From an uncultured Actinomycetota bacterium (GTDB taxonomy: Bacteria > Actinomycetota > Actinomycetes > JAHEKZ01), in assembly GCA_963743915.1 (NCBI GenBank), contig CAVURN010000005.1, positions 96,001 through 160,000 on the forward strand: a DNA stretch of 64,000 nucleotides. The letters are read 5' to 3'. The translations under genes were made by a program, and so were the position numbers. Below the pieces are notes generated by a model. It was not told the DNA's origin. It searched no databases and was given only the letters and a program-made list of their open reading frames with translations. Shown here piece by piece: positions 23,291 to 33,643 of this stretch (position 1 is its first letter; each line of letters begins with the position of its first letter).

Positions 23291-24662
23291 CCGCGGAGCG
23301 CTTCCGGCGCCCGACCACCTGAGCCGGAAGTCCCCCCTTCGGCCGCAACGTGACCCCGAAGTCCGGTTCGACGGACGCCGGTCGCACCGGCCGAACGCGC
23401 AGCGCCCGCGCAACAGCTGCGACCACGAGCGGCGCCTCGAGCAGGGCGAGGTCACGTCCGATGCACAACCTCGGTCCGGCGCCGAACGGGAAGTAGGTCA
23501 GGGGGCCTCGTCCGCCCTCGGCCGGTGCCGGCGACCCGAGGAACCGCTCGGGGTCGAAGCGCTCGGGGTCAGGCCACCACTTCGGCGTCCGGTGCATGAC
23601 GTAGGGCGACAGGATCACCGTGGCCCCGACCGGCAGCTCGAAGCCTCCGAGGGAGTCCGCTTCGAGGCTGCGACGGGTGATGACCCAGGCGGGTGGGTAG
23701 AGCCGCAGGCACTCGTCCACCACCGCTCGGGTGTAGGGCAGCCGGTCGAGCAGGTCGGCACCCCAGTCCATGGGCGCGGGGTCGCCCAGCGCGTCGACTT
23801 CGGAGTGCAGCCGCTGCTCGGCGTCCGGGTGCGCAGCGAGCAGCACCCACGTCCAGGTGAGCGTCGCCGCGACCGTCTCGTGACCGGCCACGATGAGGGT
23901 GACCACCTCGTCACGGACCTCTTCGGGTGTGACGACCCCCTCGTCCAACGCTGCGATCAGCAGCCACAGCACGTCGGAACCAGGATCGGTCCGGCGGCGA
24001 GAGGCGAGCACGTCGGCCACCGCACCATCGAGTGTCTGAAGGGCAGCCCGAAGTCGACGACGTCCCGGCGTGGCCCACGCCTCCGGCATCGGCACCGGCT
24101 GCTGCGCTCGTTTCACCACGAAGCGAAGGGCGCTCATCACCGCCTCGACGAGTTGGTCGGAGCGACCCGCCAGGCGGCCGCCCAGCAGCGTCGCCGCGAC
24201 GATCTCCAAGGTCAGCCCCAGCATCTCGGCGTCCATGTCGAGCTCGCGGTCCCGCGGTGCGGCCAGCACTCGCTCGACCCACTCGCCGGTGGCGGCGTGC
24301 ACCGCCGACGTCATGTCGGCGAGCAGCTCGTGGTGGAACCCGGGCGACATCACCCGGCGCATCCGGCGCCACAGATCCGCGTCCGACGCCAGCAGCCCCG
24401 TCCCGGTGACCAGGGCGAGCGTGTCGTACTGGATCGTCCGCTTGCCGTAGGCCTTGTGATTGACCTGCAGCACCCGCCGCACGTCGTCCGGGTCGGTGAC
24501 GAGCCACACCTCGGCACGCGGCATCGGGAAACGCGCGACCGGGCCGTACCGTTCCGCACACTGCGCGAGGAATGCGGGCGGACGCCGCCGCATCAGTCCG
24601 ATGTTGCGGAGCATCTCCGGTCCGGTCGGGCCTGGGGGCGGCCCAGGGGCACCGATCGTCAC
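23286..24662 (-). CDS. Cytochrome P450
   Basis: I-helix AGHET, ExxR (ECLR), PERF, heme motif FGAGPRLCIG. Confidence 0.95.
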   Translation of the reverse strand: MTIGAPGPPPGPTGPEMLRNIGLMRRRPPAFLAQCAERYGPVARFPMPRAEVWLVTDPDDVRRVLQVNHKAYGKRTIQYDTLALVTGTGLLASDADLWRRMRRVMSPGFHHELLADMTSAVHAATGEWVERVLAAPRDRELDMDAEMLGLTLEIVAATLLGGRLAGRSDQLVEAVMSALRFVVKRAQQPVPMPEAWATPGRRRLRAALQTLDGAVADVLASRRRTDPGSDVLWLLIAALDEGVVTPEEVRDEVVTLIVAGHETVAATLTWTWVLLAAHPDAEQRLHSEVDALGDPAPMDWGADLLDRLPYTRAVVDECLRLYPPAWVITRRSLEADSLGGFELPVGATVILSPYVMHRTPKWWPDPERFDPERFLGSPAPAEGGRGPLTYFPFGAGPRLCIGRDLALLEAPLVVAAVARALRVRPVRPASVEPDFGVTLRPKGGLPAQVVGRRKRSAG

Positions 24663-24774
24663 CCGTCCACCCTAGGTCGCCGGTCCGGCGACGCGCCGGG
24701 CCTTTCGGTCCGTGTGGAATCGGCGAAGAGGGGGCACCCTGGGTCCAGCACCTCCTCTTCCCCAAGGAGCTGAC

Positions 24775-25125
24775 ATGCAGGACGTGACGCACCCGCACCA
24801 CCCGCACGAGCACCGCGTCTGGGTGGTTCCCGACAGCTCACTCGGTCGGATGGCCTCCCTGGTGTTCGTGGTCGCGACGGTCGTCGCCATCGCGGCGCCC
24901 GTGGGCGCATGGATTACCCAGCAGCTCATGCAGCCGGGCGCCGACACTCCGTGGTTCTTCCTGCTGTGGGGCTGCACCCTCGTTGCGCTGATGGTGGCAA
25001 CCGCCTCAGCGGCGGTCGCGGCAGTCGCCCTCGTGCGTGACCACGCGCTCCTTCTGCTGGCGCCGGTCGTCTTCGCCGTCGTCATGGTCTCCGCGCTCAT
25101 CACGACCAACGGTGTGCTGAACTAA
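24775..25125 (+). CDS. Small membrane protein
   Basis: AAGGAG RBS, three hydrophobic segments, His-rich N-terminus. Confidence 0.65.
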   Translation: MQDVTHPHHPHEHRVWVVPDSSLGRMASLVFVVATVVAIAAPVGAWITQQLMQPGADTPWFFLLWGCTLVALMVATASAAVAAVALVRDHALLLLAPVVFAVVMVSALITTNGVLN

Positions 25126-25130
25126 GCCGG

Positions 25131-25754
25131 GTGACCGAGACCCTCGTCGACGGAGACCTGATCGACCGGGACGACGACGGCGTCCTGCGCTGCGTCTGGG
25201 GAGCCGGCCCGGCCGAGTATCGCGCCTACCACGATGACGAGTGGGGGCGTCCGGTCCACGACGAGCGGCGGCTCTTCGAGAAGATCTGCCTGGAAGGGTT
25301 CCAGGCCGGTCTGTCCTGGCTCACCATCCTCCGAAAGCGTGAGGCCTTCCGTGCGGCCTTCGCCGGCTTCGACATCGACGCTGTTGCCGACTTCGGGGCG
25401 GACGACGAGGAACGACTCGTCTCTGACGCAGGGATCGTCCGCCACCGCGGCAAGATCAGGTCCACCGTGAACAACGCACGCCGTTGCCGCGCGATGCTCG
25501 AGTCCGGCGAGTCACTCGCCGAGCTGGTCTGGTCCCACGAGCCGGCGGCATCGGCGCGTCCCGACCGCGTGACCCGCCAGTGGCTGGCCGAGAACCCCGT
25601 CACACCGGAGTCGACGGCGCTCTCCCGGGACCTGAAGCATCGCGGGTGGACCTTCGTCGGCCCCACCACCATGTACGCGTTCATGCAGTCCGTCGGGGTC
25701 GTCAACGACCACCAGCACCTGTGCCACGCCCGCTCTGGAACCACGACTCGGTAG
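25131..25754 (+). CDS. tag: DNA-3-methyladenine glycosylase I
   Basis: YHDDEWGRP, LEGFQAGLSW, FVGPTT, VNDHxxxC. Confidence 0.95.
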   Translation: MTETLVDGDLIDRDDDGVLRCVWGAGPAEYRAYHDDEWGRPVHDERRLFEKICLEGFQAGLSWLTILRKREAFRAAFAGFDIDAVADFGADDEERLVSDAGIVRHRGKIRSTVNNARRCRAMLESGESLAELVWSHEPAASARPDRVTRQWLAENPVTPESTALSRDLKHRGWTFVGPTTMYAFMQSVGVVNDHQHLCHARSGTTTR

Positions 25755-25783
25755 CCTGCTGACCCACCGACACCGGAGGTTCG

Positions 25784-26269
25784 ATGACCCACAGCCACAC
25801 CTACCCGGTCCCGCCCGAGCGGCTGCTGGCCGTGCTGACCGATCCCGACTATCTGGCCGCACGTCAGGAGCGCTTCGCAGGCGTGGGCGACCCTACGGTG
25901 GAGTCCACCGGCGACGACATCGCCGTCACGCTGGTGCGGCAGCTGCCGATGGACAAGATCCCCGGCGCCGTGAAGGGATTCATCGGCGATGGAAAGATCA
26001 CTCAGGTCGAGACCTGGAGCACGTCACCGGGCGAGGACGAAGCCCTGATGGGCACGTGGCGTGGCGAGGTCGCCGCGGCACCGGCCGACATCGGCGGCAC
26101 CTACCGGATCGCCCCGGAAGGTGATGGCTCGCGCTACGACATCGAGGTGCGGGTGAAGGTCAAGGTGCCGTTGGTGGGCGGCAAGATCGAGCAGCAGGTG
26201 CGCGGCTACCTCGACCACATCATCACCAAGGAGCAGGGATTCCTGGCCGACTGGGTTGCCGAGGCATAG
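25784..26269 (+). CDS. DUF2505 domain protein
   Basis: START-like fold; KVKVPLVGGKIE. Confidence 0.8.
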   Translation: MTHSHTYPVPPERLLAVLTDPDYLAARQERFAGVGDPTVESTGDDIAVTLVRQLPMDKIPGAVKGFIGDGKITQVETWSTSPGEDEALMGTWRGEVAAAPADIGGTYRIAPEGDGSRYDIEVRVKVKVPLVGGKIEQQVRGYLDHIITKEQGFLADWVAEA

Positions 26270-26273
26270 CACC

Positions 26274-27302
26274 GTGACCGCCGTGCGGGACGTCCGTCTC
26301 TGCGTCCTCGGGTTCGGTCACGTCATCCAGAGATTCTGTGACATGGTGCGCGACCACGAGAGCCTGCTCGCACGCGAGCACGGCGTCCGCTTCCTCATCA
26401 CCGCCGTGGGAACGGGCAGCCACGGCTCCTGGGCCGACCCAGCGGGACGCACTCCGGCGGAGGTGGTCGCCGCCTTCCGGACCGAGCGGGGGCAGTTCCC
26501 GGCGCCCGAGCAACCAGGTGTCGATCTCATCGCCCAGTCCGGCGCGGACGTCATGGTGGAAGCCACACCGCAGGTGCGAGGGGGACGGACCGCCATCGCC
26601 CACGTCGACGCCGCCTTCGACGCCGGCATGGACGTCGTCACGGTCAACAAGGGCCCGGTCGCGTGGGACTACCGTCGACTCCGGAAACGTGCCGACGCCG
26701 AGGGTCGCCAGTTCCGGCACGAGGGCGTGACCATGGACGGGTGCCCCGTCTACAACCTTGCCGAGTTCTGCCTGCCGGGCGACCGGGTGGTCGGTTTTCG
26801 TGGCCTGCTGAACTCGACGAGCAACTACGTCCTCGATGCCATGGCCGAGGGCGCCACCATGCAGGAGGCGGTGGCTGAGGCGATCGAGGCCGGATTCGCC
26901 GAGACCGATCCCTCGTACGACGTCGAAGGGCACGATGCCGCCGCCAAGGTCGCCGCGCTCGCCAACGTCCTGCTCGATGCCGACATCACCCCGGACGACG
27001 TCCCGCGCGACTCGATCGCGGAGCTCACGGTCGACGACGTGTCGCGCGTCCTCTCCTACGGGCGTCGCCTGCGTCTGATCGGTGAGGCGCAGCGCGACGA
27101 CGACGGCGAGGTGTCGGCACGCGTGACCCTGGACCCGGTGCGCAGCCAGGACCCCATGTACTGGATCTCCGGGACCTCCTCGTGCCTGGTGCTCGAGACG
27201 CAGCTCGCCGGAACGGTGGAGATCGTCGAACGTGATGGGATGCTCACGCAGACCGCGTATGCGGTGTACGCGGACCTGCTGACGATCACGGCGGCCCGCT
27301 GA
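26274..27302 (+). CDS. Homoserine dehydrogenase-like protein (short form, no ACT domain)
   Basis: GFGHV, VTVNKGP, LNSTSNY, AETDPSYDVEGHDAAAK. Confidence 0.85.
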   Translation: MTAVRDVRLCVLGFGHVIQRFCDMVRDHESLLAREHGVRFLITAVGTGSHGSWADPAGRTPAEVVAAFRTERGQFPAPEQPGVDLIAQSGADVMVEATPQVRGGRTAIAHVDAAFDAGMDVVTVNKGPVAWDYRRLRKRADAEGRQFRHEGVTMDGCPVYNLAEFCLPGDRVVGFRGLLNSTSNYVLDAMAEGATMQEAVAEAIEAGFAETDPSYDVEGHDAAAKVAALANVLLDADITPDDVPRDSIAELTVDDVSRVLSYGRRLRLIGEAQRDDDGEVSARVTLDPVRSQDPMYWISGTSSCLVLETQLAGTVEIVERDGMLTQTAYAVYADLLTITAAR

Positions 27303-27372
27303 GCCTGACTAGCTCGGGATCGTGTCGTTCGGTCGTGCCATCAGTACACCAATCGACACCATCCGGGTCTGG

Positions 27373-28557
27373 TCAGTAGGCGCGGGCGACTTCGCCCGCC
27401 AACGGCCAGCCGTTGGGCTCACACCCGTGAAGACCCTTTGACTGCTGCATCATCACGGGGGCGGGCCGGCCACGGCCACCACATCCGGCGTGCCCGAGCC
27501 CGAACCAGTGGCCCGTCTCGTGATTGACCACCATGGCGCGGTACTCCCGCAGCGTGCCGCCCGACGAACGGAAGTACGGCGTTCCCCATCGCCAGCGGTT
27601 CTGGTTGATGACCACGTAGCGACCGACTCGACAGCTCCAGTAGCGGTCACAGATCGGGGCGAACCTCGGGACGTACGAAGCCTCGGCGAGCACCAGCGAG
27701 AACGCGCCACCGCGACGAACCCGCTTGAAGTGCACGTGGGCGCGCGACCATCCACGAGGGTCCGCGAAGATCTCCGCGGTGCGCGTGCGGAACTCCTTCA
27801 TCGACACGACGACGTCGCCACGGGTCTCGATGCGATAAGGGATCACCCGGACGGTGGTCAGCTCGGCGACGCTGCTGGCGTCACCGAGGTGGTCGATCTG
27901 CGCGGGCAGGACGACCCGGTAGCGCTGCGGTCCGTACGTCCCCCATCCGCTGATCCGGAACCCGAAGCGTCCCGTCTCTGTCTGCGAGGTGCGCCCGACG
28001 TCCAGCCACTTCCCGTCGCTCCTGCGCTGCAGCGCCACCCTCTCGCCGGGGTAGGCGCTTCGCACCGCCCCGGTGAGCCGCACCGCCCCTGAGGGCCGTA
28101 CCCAGTCTCGCTGGAGCTCCACGGTCACGGTGGGCTTCACGACGACGGCACGGATGTCACTGGCGCCCCGGGCGTAGGTCGCCGACAGCGGGTGGACTAC
28201 GCGGTACCGCATCGAGTAGCGGCTGCTGACGCCTGGCCACTGTGCGGCACCGTCGGAGTCGGTCAGCGCCGTTCCACTCTCGACCCATCCCTCGGCCCCG
28301 AACTGCCGCGACAGCAGCCGGAGCTCCTCACCGACGACGGGGGTTCCGGTCTGGGCGTCGAGGAGGCGGCCCATGACTGTCGTCTGCTCGCCTCCGACCA
28401 GGCGCTCGTCGGCGACCGTCAGCTGCACCTGGACGGCGGGGGGCAGGGTTCGGGTCGCGGCGTCCCGGGCGAGGGGGGAAGCCTCGGACGCCGGCGCCGC
28501 CAGCACCGTTACGCCGAGCGCGATCGTCACCGCGGCGGTCAGCAGTCGCGTCCCCAT
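27373..28557 (-). CDS. Secreted DUF3152 metallopeptidase-like protein with N-terminal beta-rich domains
   Basis: Signal peptide; DPRGW, NHETGHWFGLGH, APVMMQQ. Confidence 0.85.
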   Translation of the reverse strand: MGTRLLTAAVTIALGVTVLAAPASEASPLARDAATRTLPPAVQVQLTVADERLVGGEQTTVMGRLLDAQTGTPVVGEELRLLSRQFGAEGWVESGTALTDSDGAAQWPGVSSRYSMRYRVVHPLSATYARGASDIRAVVVKPTVTVELQRDWVRPSGAVRLTGAVRSAYPGERVALQRRSDGKWLDVGRTSQTETGRFGFRISGWGTYGPQRYRVVLPAQIDHLGDASSVAELTTVRVIPYRIETRGDVVVSMKEFRTRTAEIFADPRGWSRAHVHFKRVRRGGAFSLVLAEASYVPRFAPICDRYWSCRVGRYVVINQNRWRWGTPYFRSSGGTLREYRAMVVNHETGHWFGLGHAGCGGRGRPAPVMMQQSKGLHGCEPNGWPLAGEVARAY

Positions 28558-28603
28558 GGGGTCCTACCGTATGTCAGGCTGACCGTCATCCCGAGGAGGC
28601 TTC

Positions 28604-29590
28604 ATGCGGTTCCTGATCATCGGCGGCACCCGGTTCGTGGGACGCCACATCGCCGAGTCGGCCCTCGAGCGTGGTCACGAGGTGACCGTGTTCCACCGAG
28701 GTCAGACCGGGGCCGACGCGCTTCCGGACGCGACCCACGTGCTGGGCGACCGCGACCACGACCTGGACCGCCTGGCGGACGGGACGTGGGACGTCACGGT
28801 CGACGCCTGCGCCTACGTTCCCCGCCAGGTGGACGAGCTGGCCGCGGCGCTGGGCGGACGCGGCGGACGTCACGTGTTCATCTCCACCGTCTCGGTGTAC
28901 GACGAGCCCCTGCCGCCGAACTCCGACGAGGACGCACCGCTCGCGACGTTGGACGACCCCGACACCGAGGTCGTCGACGAGCACACCTATGGCGGCCTGA
29001 AGGTCCTGTGCGAGCGTGCGGTGCACCGGCACCACTCCGATGCGCTCGTCATCCGACCGACCTACGTGGTGGGTCCCCATGACTACACCCACCGCTTCAC
29101 CTACTGGATCGAGCGCATCGCGGACGGGGGACGCGTCCTCGTGCCCGCCGTGCAGGACTACGGCATCCAGTTCATCGACGCCCGTGACCAGGCTCGGTGG
29201 GTCTGTGAGCTCGTCGAGCGCAGTGAGTCCGGGACATTCCACACGGTCAGCCCCACACCGCCGTTCACCTTCGCCGACATGGTCCAGACCATCGTCGACG
29301 CCGTTGCACCCGACGGCACGAACATCGAGTGGGTCGATCCCGCGTTCCTGCTCGAGAAAGAAGTCGACGACTCTGCCCTCCCGCTGTGGGTGCCCACCAC
29401 CGATCCCGATCCGGGCATGGCCTGCGACCCCTCGCATGCCCGGGCGCACGGGCTGACCACCCGCACCCTCACCGACACCGTCCGCGAGACGCTCGAGCAC
29501 GAACGACGGACACCGACCCCGAACCCTGGCGGGACGGGCTGGAGCCGAGAGGCCGAGGCGCAGATGCTGGCGGCCTGGGACGCGCGCTAG
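28604..29590 (+). CDS. NAD-dependent epimerase/dehydratase family protein
   Basis: GGTRFVG, ISTVSVY, YGGLK. Confidence 0.9.
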   Translation: MRFLIIGGTRFVGRHIAESALERGHEVTVFHRGQTGADALPDATHVLGDRDHDLDRLADGTWDVTVDACAYVPRQVDELAAALGGRGGRHVFISTVSVYDEPLPPNSDEDAPLATLDDPDTEVVDEHTYGGLKVLCERAVHRHHSDALVIRPTYVVGPHDYTHRFTYWIERIADGGRVLVPAVQDYGIQFIDARDQARWVCELVERSESGTFHTVSPTPPFTFADMVQTIVDAVAPDGTNIEWVDPAFLLEKEVDDSALPLWVPTTDPDPGMACDPSHARAHGLTTRTLTDTVRETLEHERRTPTPNPGGTGWSREAEAQMLAAWDAR

Positions 29591-29597
29591 ACACCGA

Positions 29598-30971
29598 TCA
29601 GACGCGACCGGAGATCTTGTCCGCGACGCGGGCGAGGGGGGAGGTGCTGGCCCTGCCTGACCGCTCCTGACGGTCAGCGGCCCGGTAGGTCGCGTACATG
29701 GCGTGCACGCCCAGCCACCGGAAGGGCTCCGGCTCCCACTGCCGCACCTTGCGACCCACCCACGGGAGTGCCGTCAGAGCGGTGTCGCGCTCGAGCACCA
29801 GGTCGGTGAGCGTCCGACCGGCGAGGTTGGTCGTGGCGACGCCATGGCCCACGTAGCCGCCGGCCCATCCCAGTCCGGTGTCCCGGTCCAGCCCCACGGT
29901 CGAGCACCAGTCCCGCGGCACGCCCAGCACGCCGGACCATGCGTGGTCGATCGGCACCGTCGCGGTGGCCGGGAAGAGCCGGACCAGGATCTCGCGGAGC
30001 GCGTCGATCGTCTGCCGCTGCGTCGATCCGTCGTTGTCCACCTGTGAACCGAACCGGTACGGGACGCCACGCCCACCGATGGCGATCCGGCCGTCGGCGG
30101 TCCGCTGCGCGTAGCAGTAGGCGTGCGCCAGGTCACCCAGTGTCTCCAGACCCTCCCAGCCGATCTCGTCCCATGCGGAGTCCGGCAGCGGAGCGCTGAC
30201 GATCATCGAGGAGTTCATGGGCAGCCAGGACCGCTTCAGTCCCTTGATGCCCGCGGTGAAGCCCTCCGTGGCACGCAGGACAAAGGTGGCGGAGATGTCC
30301 CCGTGGTCGGTGACCACACGGTGCGGGTGGATCTCCAGGACGGTGGTCTGCTCGGCGATGGTCACACCGAGCCGCTCCACCGCGTCGGACACACCTCGGA
30401 CCAGCTTGGCCGGCTGCAGACGTGCGCCGTGCGGGCTGTACGCACCGCCGTGGGTGTTCGCGACATTGATGTGCTGGACCGACTCCTCCGCGCTGAGCAG
30501 CCGGTGGTCGGTCTCGCCCCAGGCGTGCTCCTCCTCGACAAAGGCCTGCAGCCGCGTGAGCTGAGCAGGCGTGTACGCGACTTCGAGGACGCCGCCCTTG
30601 GCGATGTCGGCCTCGATGCCTTCACGCTCCGCGACCCCGATCACCTCGTCGACGGTGTCGTTCATCGCATGCTGAAGGTCGACGACCGCCTGACGACCGT
30701 GCGTCTGCGCGTAGCGGCGGCGCGACCCCGCAATGCCACCGAAGAGCCACCCGCCGTTACGCCCGCTGGCGCCGTAGCCGGCAAACCGTTGCTCGACGAC
30801 CACCACCCGCAGCGAGGGCTCGGCTCGCTTGAGGTAGTACGCCGTCCAGAGCCCGGTGAATCCGCCACCGACGATGCACACGTCGACCGACGTCGGTCCG
30901 TCCAGCGGGGGCCGCGGCGTCGGAAGCCCGATCTCGTCGTACCAGAAGGAGACATTTCCGTTGAGGGTCAC
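29598..30971 (-). CDS. FAD-dependent oxidoreductase (DAO/PuuB-like)
   Basis: GGGFTGLW, GASGRNGG, GYVGHGV. Confidence 0.9.
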   Translation of the reverse strand: MTLNGNVSFWYDEIGLPTPRPPLDGPTSVDVCIVGGGFTGLWTAYYLKRAEPSLRVVVVEQRFAGYGASGRNGGWLFGGIAGSRRRYAQTHGRQAVVDLQHAMNDTVDEVIGVAEREGIEADIAKGGVLEVAYTPAQLTRLQAFVEEEHAWGETDHRLLSAEESVQHINVANTHGGAYSPHGARLQPAKLVRGVSDAVERLGVTIAEQTTVLEIHPHRVVTDHGDISATFVLRATEGFTAGIKGLKRSWLPMNSSMIVSAPLPDSAWDEIGWEGLETLGDLAHAYCYAQRTADGRIAIGGRGVPYRFGSQVDNDGSTQRQTIDALREILVRLFPATATVPIDHAWSGVLGVPRDWCSTVGLDRDTGLGWAGGYVGHGVATTNLAGRTLTDLVLERDTALTALPWVGRKVRQWEPEPFRWLGVHAMYATYRAADRQERSGRASTSPLARVADKISGRV

Positions 30972-31054
30972 GCACTGATTCTCCCCAGCGACGCATGACC
31001 GGACCACATCACCCCCGGAGGACCTCAGCTGACCCTCCTGACCGCACCAGACGG

Positions 31055-32074
31055 CTACCGCCCCAAGGGGTAGAAGAGTGCCTTGCCCTCGACGCGTAGC
31101 CGTACCTCGTCGCCCTCCCTGGCCGACACGGGGGTAGCCGTCCGGACCGCGACACGCTCGCCCCCAGGTATCTCGACCTGCAGAACGGCGTCGTGCCCGT
31201 AGAAGGCGACGCTGCACACTCGGCCCGGCGCGCCGGACGCACCCAACGCCAGCTGCTCCGGTCGCACGAGCACCACCCCTTGCCCGTGAGCGTCGTGGCC
31301 GACGTCGAGGGTCCCCAGCGGGGTCTCGGCCCTTCCCCGGAGCACGGTGGTGCTGAACTCGACCCCGGTCCCCACGAAGCGGGCCACCTCGAGGTCAGCG
31401 GGTCGGGCGTAGAGGTCGACCGGCGGCGCGACCTGCGCCACCTGACCGGAGCGCATCACGGCGACCTGGTCGGCGACCGAGAGTGCTTCCTCCTGGTCAT
31501 GCGTCACCAGGACGCCGGTCGCCTCGGTCGCCCGCAGCACGCTGCGGACGTCCTCGCGCAGGTCGGCGCGAAGGGCCGCATCCAGCGCGGCGAACGGTTC
31601 GTCGAGCAGCACCACCTGCGGCCGCGGCGCCAAGGCGCGAGCCAGTGCGACCCTGGCCTGCTCACCCCCTGACAGCTCGTAGGGGCGGCGGTGCTGGTAC
31701 CCGGCCAGCCCGATGAGCTCCAGCAGCTCACCCACCCGTCCGGTGCGCTCGGCGCGCGGGACGCCGAATCCGATGTTGCCCTCGACCGACAGGTGCGGGA
31801 AGAGTGCCGATTCCTGCGGCACCAGACCCACCCGGCGTCGCTCCGGGGACACGAACGGTCCACGGGCTTCGGCGACCACCCGGGACCCGAGTGCTATGGA
31901 CCCGGCGTCCGGGCGCTCGAAGCCCGCGACGAGCCGCAGCAGGGTGGTCTTGCCGCTGCCGGAGGGACCGAGGATGGCCGTGAGCGAGCCGTCGGGCGCC
32001 GTGAGGTCGACGTTGTCCAGCGCGGCCACGGTGCCGTAACGCTTCGACACCCCGCGCAGCACGACGTCGGTCAC
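31055..32074 (-). CDS. Fe3+ ABC transporter ATP-binding protein
   Basis: GPSGSGKT, LSGGEQAR, LLDEPF, THDQEEA. Confidence 0.92.
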   Translation of the reverse strand: MTDVVLRGVSKRYGTVAALDNVDLTAPDGSLTAILGPSGSGKTTLLRLVAGFERPDAGSIALGSRVVAEARGPFVSPERRRVGLVPQESALFPHLSVEGNIGFGVPRAERTGRVGELLELIGLAGYQHRRPYELSGGEQARVALARALAPRPQVVLLDEPFAALDAALRADLREDVRSVLRATEATGVLVTHDQEEALSVADQVAVMRSGQVAQVAPPVDLYARPADLEVARFVGTGVEFSTTVLRGRAETPLGTLDVGHDAHGQGVVLVRPEQLALGASGAPGRVCSVAFYGHDAVLQVEIPGGERVAVRTATPVSAREGDEVRLRVEGKALFYPLGR

Positions 32075-33636
32075 AGCTCCTCCTCGACCTGGTCCACAGC
32101 CCGGGCGATCCAGAAGGCCGGTACGGCGGCCAGGACCACCAGGGCCGCCGCGAAGGGGGCCGCTGCCGAGTACGCGGCGACCGAGGTTCGCCCCCACAGC
32201 TCCGTTGCGAGCGTCTCGACCCCCGTGGGACGCAGGATGAGGGTGGCCGGCAGCTCTTTCATCGCCGAGAGGAGAACGAGCAGGGCCCCCGCGAGCACAC
32301 CTGGCGCCGCCAGCGGCAGGGTCACACTCCGCATCGCGCCCCAGCCGCTGCGTCCCAGCGACCGCGCCACGTCGTCGAGGGCCGGCGGTGCGGACGCGAC
32401 CGCCGTGCGCGTCGCCCCGATGGCCTTCGGCAGGAAGAGGACGGCGTAGGCGACGACCACGAGAAGGACGGTCTGATACAGCTGCGGTGCTGCCGCCAGC
32501 GCGAAGAAGACCAGTCCGAGCCCGACGACGATTCCCGGTAGCGCGTGACCGGCGTACGACAGCTGTTCCACGACATGCGCGGGGCGTCCGGGGAACCGCG
32601 CGAGCAGAATGCCGACGGGAACGGCCAGGGCGACGGTCAGCACCGCGCCGAGCAGAGACATCGACACGGTGTTGCCGATCGCAGCGGTCAGCTCACCGAG
32701 GTCCACCCCGCTGCGTCGACCGATGATGGTGGAGTGCGCCAGGGAGAGAGCCGGAACCCCGACTCCGAGCAGGCCCAGCAGCGCCAGCCAACCGTAGGCC
32801 AGGGGCGTCCAGCGCCCGAGGGAGATCCCCGCGGGGGTACGGGGCGCGCCCCCACCCACCCGGTGACGACGGGAGCGCCCGCGCAGACGCTGCTCGCCGG
32901 CGACCGCGATGACCGTGAGCACGACCAGCAAGAGGGCGAGAGTGGCGGTGGCGCTTCGGTCAAAACTGGCGCGATAGGTGGCGTACAACGCTCGGGTGAG
33001 TGTCTCGTAACGCAGGATCGAGACCGCCCCGAAGTCGAACAGCACGTAGAGGAACGCCAGGAGCGCGCCGGCCGACGCCGCCGGCAACGCCTGCGGGACC
33101 GTCACTCGCGAGGCCGTGCGCCATGGCCCGAGACCAAGCCCCCGCGCGACCTCCTCGTGCGTGCGATCCCCGCGTCGGAATGCAGCCGCTGTCGGCAGGA
33201 TCACCAGCGGCACGGTGGACAGGGTGAGCACCAGCCAGGCTCCGAAGAGCCCCGACAGGTGCAACGGGCCGGAGACCCACACGAAGGCAGCGACGTAGGA
33301 GGGGACAGCAAGGGGCAGGGTGACGACCGTCGCCCATCCGGCTCGCCATCGCAGGCCGGCACGGGTGATCAGCCAGGCCGTCGGCACTCCTGCGAGCAGC
33401 ACTGCGGCCGTGACGAGTCCCCCGAGGAGCAACGTGTTTGCCACCAGGTCCCACGTCCGAGGGCGGGTCAGAACCTCGACCCATCCGTCGACTCCCGCCT
33501 CGGACGCCCGCGTCACGAGGTAGGCGACCGGGAGCAGGGCGAGAGCGACCGCCACCACCGCCGGTGCCACGAGCAGCAGCGGTGGGCGCCGTGCCCTCGA
33601 TGTGACCCTCGGCGCCGACGGTGCGGTTGTCGTCAC
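32071..33636 (-). CDS. Fe3+ ABC transporter permease (FbpB-type)
   Basis: Duplicated permease domains, DFGAVSIL, KELPATLIL. Confidence 0.92.
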   Translation of the reverse strand: MTTTAPSAPRVTSRARRPPLLLVAPAVVAVALALLPVAYLVTRASEAGVDGWVEVLTRPRTWDLVANTLLLGGLVTAAVLLAGVPTAWLITRAGLRWRAGWATVVTLPLAVPSYVAAFVWVSGPLHLSGLFGAWLVLTLSTVPLVILPTAAAFRRGDRTHEEVARGLGLGPWRTASRVTVPQALPAASAGALLAFLYVLFDFGAVSILRYETLTRALYATYRASFDRSATATLALLLVVLTVIAVAGEQRLRGRSRRHRVGGGAPRTPAGISLGRWTPLAYGWLALLGLLGVGVPALSLAHSTIIGRRSGVDLGELTAAIGNTVSMSLLGAVLTVALAVPVGILLARFPGRPAHVVEQLSYAGHALPGIVVGLGLVFFALAAAPQLYQTVLLVVVAYAVLFLPKAIGATRTAVASAPPALDDVARSLGRSGWGAMRSVTLPLAAPGVLAGALLVLLSAMKELPATLILRPTGVETLATELWGRTSVAAYSAAAPFAAALVVLAAVPAFWIARAVDQVEEEL

Positions 33637-33643
33637 GTGAGTC

